This document shows, one piece after another, positions 36,609 to 46,761 of a DNA stretch of 64,000 nucleotides; the stretch's first letter is position 1; every line of letters starts with the position of its first letter. The position numbers and the translations under genes are program-made. The stretch lies in sequence record HM035025; one strand, given 5' to 3'. The notes beneath the pieces are model-generated. The model had not been told where the DNA came from, made no database searches, and was given only the letters and a program-made list of their open reading frames with translations. The stretch comes from Shigella phage Shfl2.

Positions 36609-38174
36609 ATGACTATCAAAACTAAAGCTGAACTTTTGAACAAATGGAAGCCATTACTGGAAGGTGAAGGTTTACCGGAAATTGCTAATAGCAAACAAGC
36701 GATTATCGCTAAAATCTTTGAAAACCAGGAAAAAGATTTCCAGACAGCTCCAGAGTACAAAGACGAAAAAATCGCTCAGGCGTTCGGTTCTTTCTTAACA
36801 GAAGCTGAAATCGGTGGTGACCACGGTTACAATGCTACTAACATCGCTGCTGGTCAGACTTCTGGCGCAGTAACTCAGATTGGCCCAGCTGTTATGGGTA
36901 TGGTACGTCGTGCTATTCCTAACCTGATTGCTTTCGATATTTGCGGTGTTCAGCCGATGAACAGCCCGACTGGCCAGGTATTCGCCCTGCGCGCAGTATA
37001 TGGTAAAGACCCAATCGCTTCCGGTGCTAAAGAAGCATTCCACCCAATGTATGGCCCAGATGCAATGTTCTCTGGTCAGGGTGCTGCTAAGAAATTCCCG
37101 GCTCTGGCTGCTAGCACAGAAACCACAGTAGGTGATATCTATACTCACTTCTTCCAGGACACTGGTACTGTGTATCTGCAGGCTTCTGCTCAAGTAACAA
37201 TTAGTGCAAGCGCAACTGATGCAGCTAAATTAGATGCTGAAATTAAGAAACAAATGGAAGCTGGTGCATTGGTAGAAATCGCTGAAGGTATGGCTACTTC
37301 TATCGCTGAACTCCAGGAAGGTTTCAACGGTTCTACCGATAACCCATGGAATGAAATGGGCTTCCGTATCGATAAACAAGTTATCGAAGCTAAATCTCGC
37401 CAGCTGAAAGCTGCTTACTCTATTGAATTAGCACAAGACCTCCGCGCTGTTCACGGTATGGATGCTGATGCCGAACTGTCTGGTATTCTGGCTACCGAAA
37501 TCATGCTGGAAATCAACCGCGAAGTTGTTGATTGGATTAACTACTCGGCTCAGGTTGGTAAATCTGGTATGACCCTGACTCCGGGTTCTAAAGCTGGCGT
37601 ATTTGACTTCCAGGATCCGATTGATATTCGTGGTGCTCGCTGGGCGGGTGAATCCTTTAAAGCTCTGTTGTTCCAGATTGACAAAGAAGCAGTTGAAATT
37701 GCTCGTCAGACCGGTCGCGGTGAAGGTAACTTCATTATCGCTTCCCGTAACGTAGTTAACGTTCTGGCTTCAGTTGATACTGGCATTTCTTATGCTGCAC
37801 AGGGTCTGGCTACCGGCTTTAACACTGATACTACCAAGTCAGTATTTGCTGGTGTTCTGGGTGGTAAATACCGTGTATATATCGACCAGTATGCTAAACA
37901 GGATTATTTCACTGTAGGTTATAAAGGTCCGAACGAAATGGATGCTGGTATTTACTATGCTCCATATGTAGCTCTGACTCCGCTGCGTGGTTCCGATCCG
38001 AAGAACTTCCAACCAGTAATGGGATTCAAAACTCGTTACGGTATCGGTATCAACCCATTTGCAGAATCCGCTGCTCAGGCTCCGGCTTCTCGCATCCAGA
38101 GCGGTATGCCTTCTATTCTGAACAGCCTTGGTAAGAACGCTTACTTCCGCCGTGTATATGTTAAAGGTATCTAA
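36609..38174 (+). CDS. 23: Gp23 major capsid protein, 521 aa
   Basis: Length and synteny match T4 gp23; higher GC and codon bias consistent with high expression. Confidence 0.95.
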   Translation: MTIKTKAELLNKWKPLLEGEGLPEIANSKQAIIAKIFENQEKDFQTAPEYKDEKIAQAFGSFLTEAEIGGDHGYNATNIAAGQTSGAVTQIGPAVMGMVRRAIPNLIAFDICGVQPMNSPTGQVFALRAVYGKDPIASGAKEAFHPMYGPDAMFSGQGAAKKFPALAASTETTVGDIYTHFFQDTGTVYLQASAQVTISASATDAAKLDAEIKKQMEAGALVEIAEGMATSIAELQEGFNGSTDNPWNEMGFRIDKQVIEAKSRQLKAAYSIELAQDLRAVHGMDADAELSGILATEIMLEINREVVDWINYSAQVGKSGMTLTPGSKAGVFDFQDPIDIRGARWAGESFKALLFQIDKEAVEIARQTGRGEGNFIIASRNVVNVLASVDTGISYAAQGLATGFNTDTTKSVFAGVLGGKYRVYIDQYAKQDYFTVGYKGPNEMDAGIYYAPYVALTPLRGSDPKNFQPVMGFKTRYGIGINPFAESAAQAPASRIQSGMPSILNSLGKNAYFRRVYVKGI

Positions 38175-38189
38175 TCTTTGACGATTTAA

Positions 38190-38220
38190 GGGACCTTCGG
38201 GTCCCTTTAGTTGTTTTTAT
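38190..38220 (+). terminator. Terminator hairpin GGGACC-UUCG-GGUCCC plus U-rich tract after gene 23
   Basis: Sequence read at 38190-38205 followed by TTTAGTTGTTTTT. Confidence 0.65.
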
Positions 38221-38222
38221 GG

Positions 38223-38230
38223 TATAAATA
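38223..38230 (+). promoter_or_regulatory. Late promoter TATAAATA for gene 24
   Basis: Exact TATAAATA upstream of gene 24. Confidence 0.65.
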
Positions 38231-38257
38231 AATCATATAAACCAAAAGGAAAGCGCA

Positions 38258-39541
38258 ATGGCTAAAATCAACGAACTTCTGCGCGAATCAACCACAACGA
38301 ATAGCAACTCAATCGGTCGCCCAAATCTCGTTGCTTTGACTCGCGCTACCACTAAATTAATATATTCTGACATTGTAGCAACGCAAAGAACTAATCAACC
38401 TGTTGCTGCTTTTTATGGTATCAAATACCTTAATCCAGATAACGAATTTACATTTAAAACTGGTGCTACTTACGCTGGCGAAGCTGGATACGTAGACCGA
38501 GAACAAATCACAGAATTAACAGAAGAGTCTAAATTAACTCTCAATAAAGGCGATTTATTCAAATATAATAATATCGTTTATAAAGTATTAGAAGATACAC
38601 CATTTGCTGATATTGAAGAAAGCGATTTAGAATTAGCTCTTCAGATTGCAATTGTTCTTTTAAAGGTTCGTTTATTTTCTGATGCTGCAGTAACAAGCAA
38701 ATTTGAAAGCTCTGATAGTGAAATTGCGGATGCTAGATTCCAGATTAATAAATGGCAAACCGCAGTTAAATCTCGTAAACTTAAAACTGGCATTACGGTT
38801 GAATTAGCACAAGATTTAGAAGCAAATGGATTCGATGCTCCTAATTTCTTGGAAGATTTGCTTGCAACTGAAATGGCGGATGAAATCAATAAAGATATTC
38901 TACAGTCTTTGATTACAGTATCAAAACGCTATAAAGTCACAGGAATTACTGATACTGGATTCATTGATTTGAGTTATGCATCTGCACCTGAAGCTGGTCG
39001 TTCATTATACCGAATGGTGTGTGAAATGGTTTCGCATATCCAAAAAGAATCAACTTATACTGCAACGTTCTGTGTTGCTTCAGCTCGTGCCGCTGCGATT
39101 CTTGCTGCATCAGGTTGGTTAAAACATAAACCAGAAGATGACAAATATCTTTCACAAAATGCCTACGGGTTCTTAGCTAATGGTTTACCGCTTTATTGCG
39201 ATACCAACAGCCCATTAGATTATGTAATCGTTGGCGTAGTAGAAAATATCGGTGAAAAAGAAATTGTTGGATCAATTTTCTATGCTCCATATACAGAAGG
39301 TCTTGACTTAGATGACCCTGAACATGTAGGTGCATTTAAAGTTGTAGTTGATCCAGAAAGTTTGCAGCCATCTATCGGTTTATTGGTTAGATATGCTTTA
39401 TCTGCAAATCCTTATACTGTAGCAAAAGATGAAAAAGAAGCAAGAATAATTGATGGTGGAGACATGGATAAAATGGCGGGTCGTTCAGATTTGTCTGTTT
39501 TATTAGGTGTTAAGCTACCAAAAATTATTGTTGATGAATAA
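38258..39541 (+). CDS. 24: Gp24 capsid vertex protein, 427 aa
   Basis: Length and synteny match T4 gp24. Confidence 0.95.
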   Translation: MAKINELLRESTTTNSNSIGRPNLVALTRATTKLIYSDIVATQRTNQPVAAFYGIKYLNPDNEFTFKTGATYAGEAGYVDREQITELTEESKLTLNKGDLFKYNNIVYKVLEDTPFADIEESDLELALQIAIVLLKVRLFSDAAVTSKFESSDSEIADARFQINKWQTAVKSRKLKTGITVELAQDLEANGFDAPNFLEDLLATEMADEINKDILQSLITVSKRYKVTGITDTGFIDLSYASAPEAGRSLYRMVCEMVSHIQKESTYTATFCVASARAAAILAASGWLKHKPEDDKYLSQNAYGFLANGLPLYCDTNSPLDYVIVGVVENIGEKEIVGSIFYAPYTEGLDLDDPEHVGAFKVVVDPESLQPSIGLLVRYALSANPYTVAKDEKEARIIDGGDMDKMAGRSDLSVLLGVKLPKIIVDE

Positions 39542-39547
39542 AACAAA

Positions 39548-39570
39548 GGGACCTTTCGGTCCCTTTTATT
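39548..39570. terminator. Bidirectional terminator hairpin GGGACCUUUCGGUCCC between convergent genes 24 and rnlB
   Basis: Hairpin at 39548-39563 followed by TTTTATT on plus; A-rich on the other side. Confidence 0.65.
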
Positions 39571-40574
39571 TAACTTACCAATTCAATCCAAGCCGGACGA
39601 AGTACATCTTGTACCATTTTAACTAATTCCTTTTTAATCAAAGAAGGATTATCCGCTTGAGTTAGAGTAATACCTTCACGAGAAGTTTCTTCCAAAATAT
39701 CTTGAACAGTTAGTCCCATCACCTTTCCAAAATCTTTTGGACCAATTTCGCCAATTTTAGAAATAACGTTATTTACTCGGTTCAGTGTAACGTAGCAAGC
39801 TAAAATTCCCAGCAATTTATTATCAGCTTCTGACAGCTCAACTTTAGCTTTAATAGGCTTATCAGACTTTTTCTTTTCGCTAAATTTAGAGTTCTTGCAT
39901 TTGATGGCTACACGATTGCCATTAGGCATCCAAGAAGGATAACAAGGTTTCAATACATATCCTTCAGCGGTAAATACTTCACCTTTTGCTTCGGCATTCC
40001 AAACGCATTTATTTGCATCAACTAATCCAGCATGGTCTACTGTAAAATTATAATCCTGGACGACAGAATCTAAATCATTTGGCAATTTAATAAGTTCTTC
40101 AAATTTACCACGACCCAAAAGTGGAGCCATTTTAAATTTGAATGTATTACAGAATGATTCCATCATATAATCATCGACATAAGTCACATCACCACTTTCT
40201 GTAGTAACAATAATGTCAAATACATAAAAATCTTTATCACCATAATCGACATTCTTCTGAATGCCAGGTCCAGCGAATTCGCCGAAGACTTGATAAGATA
40301 CAACTGCCGAAGTTTCCATAATATCTTGTACTGCTTTAATGGAATCAGCGTAATTCTTTAGAATAATTTCATACCCAAAGAAATCTTCAGCAGGAAGAAT
40401 CGGTCCAGTACGTTTAGCACAAGTTGCTTTATCGCGTTCAATAATCAGTGAGAAATTTGTGCCATGAATCTTTTCACGAGCTACCCATTCGCCGCCAGTC
40501 AATCCTAAACTGTAAAGTTTTTCAATGAATTTAGAATTGTAATGATTTTCAAGACTGCTATACTTTTTAAACAT
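39570..40574 (-). CDS. rnlB: RNA ligase 2 (Rnl2), 334 aa
   Basis: N-terminus [22 protein letters not shown]... with lysine nucleotidyltransferase motif KIHGTN; length matches T4 Rnl2. Confidence 0.9.
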   Translation of the reverse strand: MFKKYSSLENHYNSKFIEKLYSLGLTGGEWVAREKIHGTNFSLIIERDKATCAKRTGPILPAEDFFGYEIILKNYADSIKAVQDIMETSAVVSYQVFGEFAGPGIQKNVDYGDKDFYVFDIIVTTESGDVTYVDDYMMESFCNTFKFKMAPLLGRGKFEELIKLPNDLDSVVQDYNFTVDHAGLVDANKCVWNAEAKGEVFTAEGYVLKPCYPSWMPNGNRVAIKCKNSKFSEKKKSDKPIKAKVELSEADNKLLGILACYVTLNRVNNVISKIGEIGPKDFGKVMGLTVQDILEETSREGITLTQADNPSLIKKELVKMVQDVLRPAWIELVS

Positions 40575-40583
40575 AATTAATCC

Positions 40584-40862
40584 TCAAAATGTAATTTCTA
40601 ACCAATCACCATCACGTTGATCACTATTGACTTTAAAGCTAAATCCTTCTTTTCTCAGCCAATCACCAATTTCTTCAGTAATCAATTTATCGCGAGCAGT
40701 ACAATAATAACTAAAATATGTTTTACCTTGTTCAGCTGCTTTATTAGCAAGTTCCGAAAAATCTTTAATAAAACACTCTAGCTTAAACTGTTTACTTTTA
40801 AGTGCTTTTTCGCGTAATTGATTAGCAAAAGATTCATTTTCATAAAGATCATACTGTTCCAT
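40584..40862 (-). CDS. 24.2: Hypothetical protein, 92 aa (T4 24.2 position)
   Basis: Track ORF; assigned by synteny between rnlB and hoc. Confidence 0.6.
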   Translation of the reverse strand: MEQYDLYENESFANQLREKALKSKQFKLECFIKDFSELANKAAEQGKTYFSYYCTARDKLITEEIGDWLRKEGFSFKVNSDQRDGDWLEITF

Positions 40863-41064
40863 TTTTCACCTTTTTATTAATATGTCTTTTTCTATAGACA
40901 ACTTTTTCTCGAGTCTCAAATTTATTCTTAGCAGTCATAGCTCGAGCCCATAATACAGCCACTTCTTTCGCCTGTAAGTTCAATTCACGAGCAATTTCAA
41001 TGAATGACTTTCCAGACTCATGAAGAGTAAACACCACAACCTCAGTTCTCATAATCAATCTCAT
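40849..41064 (-). CDS. 24.3: Hypothetical protein, 71 aa (T4 24.3 position)
   Basis: Track ORF; assigned by synteny; no clear RBS. Confidence 0.5.
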   Translation of the reverse strand: MRLIMRTEVVVFTLHESGKSFIEIARELNLQAKEVAVLWARAMTAKNKFETREKVVYRKRHINKKVKNGTV

Positions 41065-41119
41065 GTTATCGAGTTGGTGCCATTATATACATCATTTTCT
41101 GATTGTGTTTTGTGTGCTT

Positions 41120-41148
41120 TCAAAATGAAGAAAGGGGCCGAAGCCCCT
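41120..41148 (-). terminator. Hairpin GGGGCCGAAGCCCC downstream of hoc
   Basis: Copy of the AGGGGCCGAAGCCCCT element at 41132-41147, followed on minus strand by U-rich tract. Confidence 0.5.
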
Positions 41149-41152
41149 AAGA

Positions 41153-42283
41153 TTATGGATAGGTATAGATGATACCAGTTTCTAAAGCAGTTTTATGAAT
41201 GATGTATCCATTGCGCGATTCTTGAACATCAACTTCTGGATAGTCTTTCATCATCTTCTGAAGAGTGTAACGATGCAGATAGTATTTACTATCTGGATCT
41301 TCAGTTTTCCAATCTTTACCTTCTTCGGTCATTTTTTGGATTTCATCCATAACCCACCAACCGCACCAGATATAAGCTGAAGTACGATGTGGAAGAGGAT
41401 GAACATAAGGCAATTCACCTTCTGGTTCTGGAGCAACTTTATCAGTTACCTGAACTTGACCTTCTGCTGTGATAGTTTTGCTATCATAATCAGTAGCAGT
41501 AACAGTTGCAGTAACTTCAATAGTTTGACTTCCAATAGATGATGTATCAACGGTGTATACATTAGTTGACCCTTCTACTGGAGAAGAATCTTTCTTCCAT
41601 GAATATTCGATTTGCGCTTCTTCCGGGGCATCAGTGACATTAGCAGTAAATGTAGCCGAAGCATCTTGCTGAACGTTAATAGAAGGAGGAGTCAATGTAA
41701 CCTGTGGATTCATTGTCTTCTTATTAACAGTCAGTGATACTTCATTAGAAGTAACTTCTTTTGTATCGTAATCTGTCGCTGTTACTTGAGCTACGCATTT
41801 AATTCTTTTTACTCCACTTGTAGTTGGAGTATAGCTAAATGTAGCGGAAGTTGCTTCACTAACAGGAGAGTCATCAACATACCATTGATACGTAGCAGAT
41901 GCGCCTGATGGTTGAGAAGCTAAAGCAGCAGTAAATTCAACAGGAGTTCCAATCGCTCCAGCAGCAGGACTATCAGGAGTTACAGCTAAGGTAGTTGTCT
42001 GTGTCTTATTTTGAACTGTGATAGTTGTAGTAGCTTCTGCTGTTTCAGCATCAGTATCTGGAACTGTGTTTGTTGCAACTACTTTAATAGTCTTTTGACC
42101 GGCAGGTCCTTTTAGTACATAACTAAAAGTTGCTTCAGTTCCATCTTGTGGAACATCGTCTACAGTCCAAGCATATGTAATAGGTCCATCTCCAGTTTGA
42201 CCACTGGGTGTAGCAGTAAACTGCTGAGTCTGATCTATAACTCCAGTAGGTGTTTTAGGAGTTATATCAACTGTAAAAGCCAT
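41153..42283 (-). CDS. hoc: Hoc, highly immunogenic outer capsid protein with Ig-like domains, 376 aa
   Basis: Thr/Val-rich Ig-like repeats; length and synteny match T4 Hoc. Confidence 0.9.
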   Translation of the reverse strand: MAFTVDITPKTPTGVIDQTQQFTATPSGQTGDGPITYAWTVDDVPQDGTEATFSYVLKGPAGQKTIKVVATNTVPDTDAETAEATTTITVQNKTQTTTLAVTPDSPAAGAIGTPVEFTAALASQPSGASATYQWYVDDSPVSEATSATFSYTPTTSGVKRIKCVAQVTATDYDTKEVTSNEVSLTVNKKTMNPQVTLTPPSINVQQDASATFTANVTDAPEEAQIEYSWKKDSSPVEGSTNVYTVDTSSIGSQTIEVTATVTATDYDSKTITAEGQVQVTDKVAPEPEGELPYVHPLPHRTSAYIWCGWWVMDEIQKMTEEGKDWKTEDPDSKYYLHRYTLQKMMKDYPEVDVQESRNGYIIHKTALETGIIYTYP

Positions 42284-42292
42284 AAGTTATCC

Positions 42293-42973
42293 TTATTTTA
42301 ATGTTACGAAAGAAGAGTTGCGTGTTTCACGAATTAGAACTGATCCGTCACGATTAATGTAGTAAATTAAGCTAAATAAAGTTTGGTGTGCCGACGCGTG
42401 TTCAAAACTAGTTGGGTGAGATTTCCAATCCGGAGTTTCAGCAATCCACTGGTAAATCCACCAAGGAACCGTGCAGAATCCTGGATTTTTTCCAATCAAC
42501 TGAAGATTCGGACTAAAGTTTTCCGGAAGAGTAAATACAGACGGCTTTTCAGATTCAATAATCTCAGCTACAGTCTGTTCGAATTTTTCTTCAATAAAAG
42601 GAGTATCTTCAATCAAAACATCGGTATTTTCAGGAATTTTATCCGTTTCTACCACTTCAATTTTAATGTCAGATTTAACCGGAGAATCAATCAGAAGTGC
42701 TGCTTCTGGATTGACTTCTTCATCGTCATATTTTAATCCCTCTGCAGCATCAGCAGCATTAATTAAGTCTTTAATAGATAACCCATCAGTCTCTGGCATA
42801 GGTTCACTAGCGAGCTTCTGGAGGGCTTCTTCAATATCATTAACGATATTATCAAAAGATTTATTCTTTTTGACCTTTATACCAAACTGTTCAGCATATT
42901 CAGCTAATTTAGCTTTAGCTTCTTTATTATCATCAAGAGCCTTCAGCTCTGCAATATAATCTTTATCTATCAT
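42293..42973 (-). CDS. inh: Inh, inhibitor of prohead protease gp21, 226 aa
   Basis: Length and synteny match T4 inh. Confidence 0.85.
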   Translation of the reverse strand: MIDKDYIAELKALDDNKEAKAKLAEYAEQFGIKVKKNKSFDNIVNDIEEALQKLASEPMPETDGLSIKDLINAADAAEGLKYDDEEVNPEAALLIDSPVKSDIKIEVVETDKIPENTDVLIEDTPFIEEKFEQTVAEIIESEKPSVFTLPENFSPNLQLIGKNPGFCTVPWWIYQWIAETPDWKSHPTSFEHASAHQTLFSLIYYINRDGSVLIRETRNSSFVTLK

Positions 42974-42986
42974 AATATTTCCTCAG

Positions 42987-42994
42987 TATAAATA
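42987..42994 (+). promoter_or_regulatory. Late promoter TATAAATA upstream of segD
   Basis: Exact TATAAATA 29 nt upstream of segD ATG. Confidence 0.5.
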
Positions 42995-43022
42995 TAGATA
43001 TATTTATTACTCGGAAAATAGT

Positions 43023-43640
43023 ATGTACCACTTTGTATATGAAACAACAAATCTAATAAATGGTAAAAAGTATATAGGAAAACACTCTACTGATGACTTG
43101 AATGATGGTTACCTTGGTTCCGGTAAGGCAATTCAGCAGGCTATAAAGAAATATGGTGAAAACAATTTCTCTAGAACAATACTAAAAGAGTTTAAAACTT
43201 CCGAAGAAGCGTACATGTATGAAGAAGAAATTATAACTCCTGAAATAATAAAAAGCAAAAATTATTATAATATGAAACCTGGTGGAATTGGTGGAATTGT
43301 TATGACTACAGAGGTTATAGCAAAGATGAAAGAATCTTCCGCTAAGAGATTTGAAAACTCACCGGGCACGGTATTAGGTACAACTTGTTACACTAATGGA
43401 ACTAAAAATATTTTTATTAAGCCTGGAGAACTTGTTCCAGAAGGATTTGTAAAAGGGATGGTTCATCCTAATAGAAAGTCCAGAAAAGGATGTAAAGTCA
43501 AACCGACTACCACAGGAACTTTTTGGGTCAATAATGGTGCAATAAATAAATTAATACAACCAGACGGTATTATTCCCGACGGATTTATTAAAGGTCGTCT
43601 CATGAAAAGAGATTCTAAAGGCAAATTTAGTAAGGCATAA
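43023..43640 (+). CDS. segD: SegD GIY-YIG homing endonuclease, 205 aa
   Basis: GIY-YIG-type N-terminus (KKYIGKH...YLGSG); position between inh and uvsW as in T4. Confidence 0.85.
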   Translation: MYHFVYETTNLINGKKYIGKHSTDDLNDGYLGSGKAIQQAIKKYGENNFSRTILKEFKTSEEAYMYEEEIITPEIIKSKNYYNMKPGGIGGIVMTTEVIAKMKESSAKRFENSPGTVLGTTCYTNGTKNIFIKPGELVPEGFVKGMVHPNRKSRKGCKVKPTTTGTFWVNNGAINKLIQPDGIIPDGFIKGRLMKRDSKGKFSKA

Positions 43641-43642
43641 TT

Positions 43643-45151
43643 ATGGATATTAAAGTACATTTTCACGACTTCAGTCATGTACGCATCGATTGTGAAGAGA
43701 GCACGTTCCACGAATTAAGAGATTTCTTTTCGTTTGAGGCCGATGGATATAGATTTAACCCTCGCTTCAGATATGGCAACTGGGATGGACGAATCCGTCT
43801 TTTAGATTATAATCGCCTTCTTCCATTCGGCTTAGTCGGACAAATTAAAAAGTTCTGCGATAACTTTGGCTATAAAGCCTGGATTGACCCACAGATTAAC
43901 GAAAAAGAAGAATTATCAAGAAAAGATTTTGATGAATGGCTTTCTAAATTAGAAATCTATTCAGGAAATAAAAGAATTGAACCACACTGGTATCAAAAAG
44001 ATGCAGTGTTCGAAGGATTAGTTAATCGTCGTAGAATTCTTAATCTTCCAACATCCGCAGGTAAATCTTTAATTCAAGCTTTGCTTGCACGTTATTATTT
44101 GGAAAATTATGAAGGTAAAATTCTTATCATTGTTCCAACAACTGCTTTAACAACTCAGATGGCTGATGACTTTGTTGACTATCGTTTATTCAGTCATGCA
44201 ATGATAAAGAAAATCGGTGGTGGAGCATCAAAAGATGATAAATATAAAAATGATGCACCAGTCGTTGTTGGTACATGGCAAACTGTAGTAAAACAACCGA
44301 AAGAATGGTTCTCACAGTTTGGAATGATGATGAATGATGAATGCCATCTTGCTACAGGAAAAAGTATTTCATCTATCATATCAGGTTTAAATAACTGTAT
44401 GTTTAAATTTGGTTTGTCCGGTTCATTGCGCGATGGCAAAGCTAATATCATGCAGTATGTTGGAATGTTTGGTGAAATATTTAAGCCAGTAACGACTTCT
44501 AAATTAATGGAAGATGGACAAGTAACTGAGTTAAAAATTAATAGTATTTTTCTTCGCTATCCTGATGAGTTCACTACTAAATTAAAGGGAAAAACTTACC
44601 AAGAAGAAATAAAAATTATTACTGGGCTCAGTAAAAGAAATAAATGGATCGCTAAATTAGCTATTAAACTTGCACAAAAAGATGAAAACGCTTTTGTCAT
44701 GTTTAAACACGTATCACATGGTAAAGCTATTTTCGATTTAATTAAAAATGAATACGATAAAGTTTATTACGTATCAGGGGAAGTTGATACCGAAACACGC
44801 AACGTAATGAAAACCTTAGCTGAAAATGGCAAAGGAATAATTATAGTAGCTAGTTATGGTGTATTTTCTACTGGTATTTCAGTTAAAAATCTGCATCACG
44901 TTGTTTTAGCGCACGGTGTTAAATCAAAAATCATTGTATTACAAACAATCGGTCGTGTATTACGTAAGCATGGTTCTAAGACAATAGCAACAGTCTGGGA
45001 CCTCATAGATGATTGTGGTGTTAAGCCAAAATCTGCTAATACGAAAAAGAAATATGTTCATTTGAACTATCTTTTAAAACACGGCATTGATCGTATTCAG
45101 CGCTACGCAGATGAAAAATTCAATTACGTAATGAAAACAGTTAATTTATAA
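43643..45151 (+). CDS. uvsW: UvsW DNA/RNA helicase, 502 aa
   Basis: Helicase motifs (PTSAGKS Walker A, DECH box); length matches T4 UvsW. Confidence 0.9.
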   Translation: MDIKVHFHDFSHVRIDCEESTFHELRDFFSFEADGYRFNPRFRYGNWDGRIRLLDYNRLLPFGLVGQIKKFCDNFGYKAWIDPQINEKEELSRKDFDEWLSKLEIYSGNKRIEPHWYQKDAVFEGLVNRRRILNLPTSAGKSLIQALLARYYLENYEGKILIIVPTTALTTQMADDFVDYRLFSHAMIKKIGGGASKDDKYKNDAPVVVGTWQTVVKQPKEWFSQFGMMMNDECHLATGKSISSIISGLNNCMFKFGLSGSLRDGKANIMQYVGMFGEIFKPVTTSKLMEDGQVTELKINSIFLRYPDEFTTKLKGKTYQEEIKIITGLSKRNKWIAKLAIKLAQKDENAFVMFKHVSHGKAIFDLIKNEYDKVYYVSGEVDTETRNVMKTLAENGKGIIIVASYGVFSTGISVKNLHHVVLAHGVKSKIIVLQTIGRVLRKHGSKTIATVWDLIDDCGVKPKSANTKKKYVHLNYLLKHGIDRIQRYADEKFNYVMKTVNL

Positions 45152-45176
45152 GGGCTTCGGCCCTTTGGAGAAAAAG

Positions 45177-45407
45177 ATGTTACTAGAATTTAAACAATTT
45201 CTTTATGAAGCTTCTATTGATGAATTTATGGGTAAAATTGCCTCTTGTCAAACATTAGAAGGTTTAGAAGAACTTGAAGCTTATTATAAGAAAAGAGTTA
45301 AAGAAACTGAATTAAAAGATACTGATGACATCTCTGTGAGAGATGCTTTGGCAGGAAAAAGAGCTGAATTAGAAGATTCAGACGATGAAGTAGAAGAAAG
45401 CTTTTAA
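45177..45407 (+). CDS. uvsW.1: UvsW.1, 76 aa
   Basis: Track ORF 45165 begins with TTG; ATG at 45177 after GGAGAAAAAG gives 76 aa. Confidence 0.75.
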   Translation: MLLEFKQFLYEASIDEFMGKIASCQTLEGLEELEAYYKKRVKETELKDTDDISVRDALAGKRAELEDSDDEVEESF

Positions 45408-45462
45408 ATTAAAAAAGGCCCAACCAAAAAGGAAGGGCCAAAACTATAGACTAAAGGTCACA

Positions 45463-45630
45463 CTATAGCAAAAGTTGTGTTTCATTTAATTGTTCTTCCG
45501 AACTTTCTGAAACTGGTAGTTCTTTAATGTAATTATAACAAGGCCCAGGATGTACAGGACCTTTGTCTGTTTCAACAACCAATGCAGAATCGATTGGAGT
45601 TTTACAGACAACACAAATCTTATCTGACAT
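45463..45630 (-). CDS. uvsY.-2: Small Cys-containing protein, 55 aa (T4 uvsY.-2 position)
   Basis: Hand translation MSDKICVVCKTPIDSALVVETDKGPVHPGPCYNYIKELPVSESSEEQLNETQLLL; GGAG RBS; below track cutoff. Confidence 0.55.
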   Translation of the reverse strand: MSDKICVVCKTPIDSALVVETDKGPVHPGPCYNYIKELPVSESSEEQLNETQLLL

Positions 45631-45658
45631 GATTGTCTCCTCTAAATTATATATCTAT

Positions 45659-45883
45659 TTATATAACTCTCATATGCATATCAATGCCCATATCTTTGGA
45701 ATAAAAATATTCATCAAGATATCCGGCAAATTTTCCTTTAATATAAAGTACATCTTCACCGCATGGATGGTCGGCCAGGATACGAATATCCTGACGCTTA
45801 AGATTATGCTTTTTCATTAAGAATTGAATTTCCGTTTCAAATTCTTCTTCATAATTAAAAGCATCATCAATGCTATATCTCAT
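45659..45883 (-). CDS. uvsY.-1: Hypothetical protein, 74 aa (T4 uvsY.-1 position)
   Basis: Track ORF; synteny downstream of uvsY. Confidence 0.6.
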   Translation of the reverse strand: MRYSIDDAFNYEEEFETEIQFLMKKHNLKRQDIRILADHPCGEDVLYIKGKFAGYLDEYFYSKDMGIDMHMRVI

Positions 45884-46296
45884 TATTTTCCAGCCTCAAA
45901 TGCCCGCATGTCTTGAATATGCTTAATAGCAAATCCTCGTGATTTGATAGCATCAAGAGCTCCGCTACAGAAATCTAATAAAATTCCCCAATATTGTAAT
46001 GAAGTATCAACCTTTAAAACATCCTTATCAGCTGATAGAACTGTCTTCATTTCTGATTTCTCGTAACGATCCATACTAAATTCATCACCATCTCCTCGTC
46101 CCGAGTAGTAGTCTAATTTAGCTTTAAGAGCAACTTTTTTCTGTGCGTCAATTCTAAGCATTTCCTTTTTAATACTTGAATGCTTATTAAGCCATTTACT
46201 ATATAACATCACATTATTAGCTGCTTCATACTGTAATTTAGTCGAATCTATAAACACATCTTTCTTCAATTCTTCTTGAAGATCTTCTAATTTCAT
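45883..46296 (-). CDS. uvsY: UvsY recombination mediator protein, 137 aa
   Basis: Sequence MKLEDLQEELKKDVFIDSTKLQYEAANNVMLYSKWL... matches T4 UvsY. Confidence 0.95.
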   Translation of the reverse strand: MKLEDLQEELKKDVFIDSTKLQYEAANNVMLYSKWLNKHSSIKKEMLRIDAQKKVALKAKLDYYSGRGDGDEFSMDRYEKSEMKTVLSADKDVLKVDTSLQYWGILLDFCSGALDAIKSRGFAIKHIQDMRAFEAGK

Positions 46297-46336
46297 ATTG
46301 TTCTCTATTCAATTGTTATTGGATGGACTTAGATTC

Positions 46337-46365
46337 ATTATACCACGTTTATACGTGAAGCATTA
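46337..46365 (-). promoter_or_regulatory. MotA-dependent middle promoter for uvsY
   Basis: Minus strand reads TAATGCTTCA, 13 nt, TATAAT; T4 uvsY is a known middle-mode gene. Confidence 0.55.
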
Positions 46366-46761
46366 TACTCTGTTACTGGAAGCCAGTTGTAGTTTTATCT
46401 GCTCAATATCATCAGGGTTATCGATGACTGAAAAGCGTATTTCTACTATCAGAGTATAATCATCATAAACCGGTATTACATTAACTGCTAATTTATCAAT
46501 ACGTGGCTCGTAGTTTCTTACTGCGCTTTCAATGTTACGCTCAACAGTATCAGCAGTAAGAGGAGTCATATTCTCAAAAAGCTGATCAGATAAATCGCAT
46601 CCAAATTCTGGGTCAAATGGCCTTGACCCTTTCCTAGTTGTAATAATTCCTAAAAGGCTATTTTTAATTGACCTTAATCCAAGAGATCTAGAAACATCTT
46701 TGTCCCAATCCATTTTCATTTCTGGGTCAATGTCAGAATAAAGCTTATTAATATTTGCCAT
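46363..46761 (-). CDS. 25: Gp25 baseplate wedge subunit, 132 aa
   Basis: Length and synteny match T4 gp25. Confidence 0.9.
   Translation of the reverse strand: MANINKLYSDIDPEMKMDWDKDVSRSLGLRSIKNSLLGIITTRKGSRPFDPEFGCDLSDQLFENMTPLTADTVERNIESAVRNYEPRIDKLAVNVIPVYDDYTLIVEIRFSVIDNPDDIEQIKLQLASSNRV

Noticed and set aside
43023-43640. segD as evidence of an intron
   Set aside because: SegD is a free-standing GIY-YIG homing endonuclease gene in T4; no flanking gene here is interrupted and no group I intron structure is evident.
45563-45820. Track ORF 45563..45820 (+), 85 aa
   Set aside because: It overlaps the better-supported minus-strand uvsY.-1 and uvsY.-2 ORFs, which have RBSs and T4 synteny.
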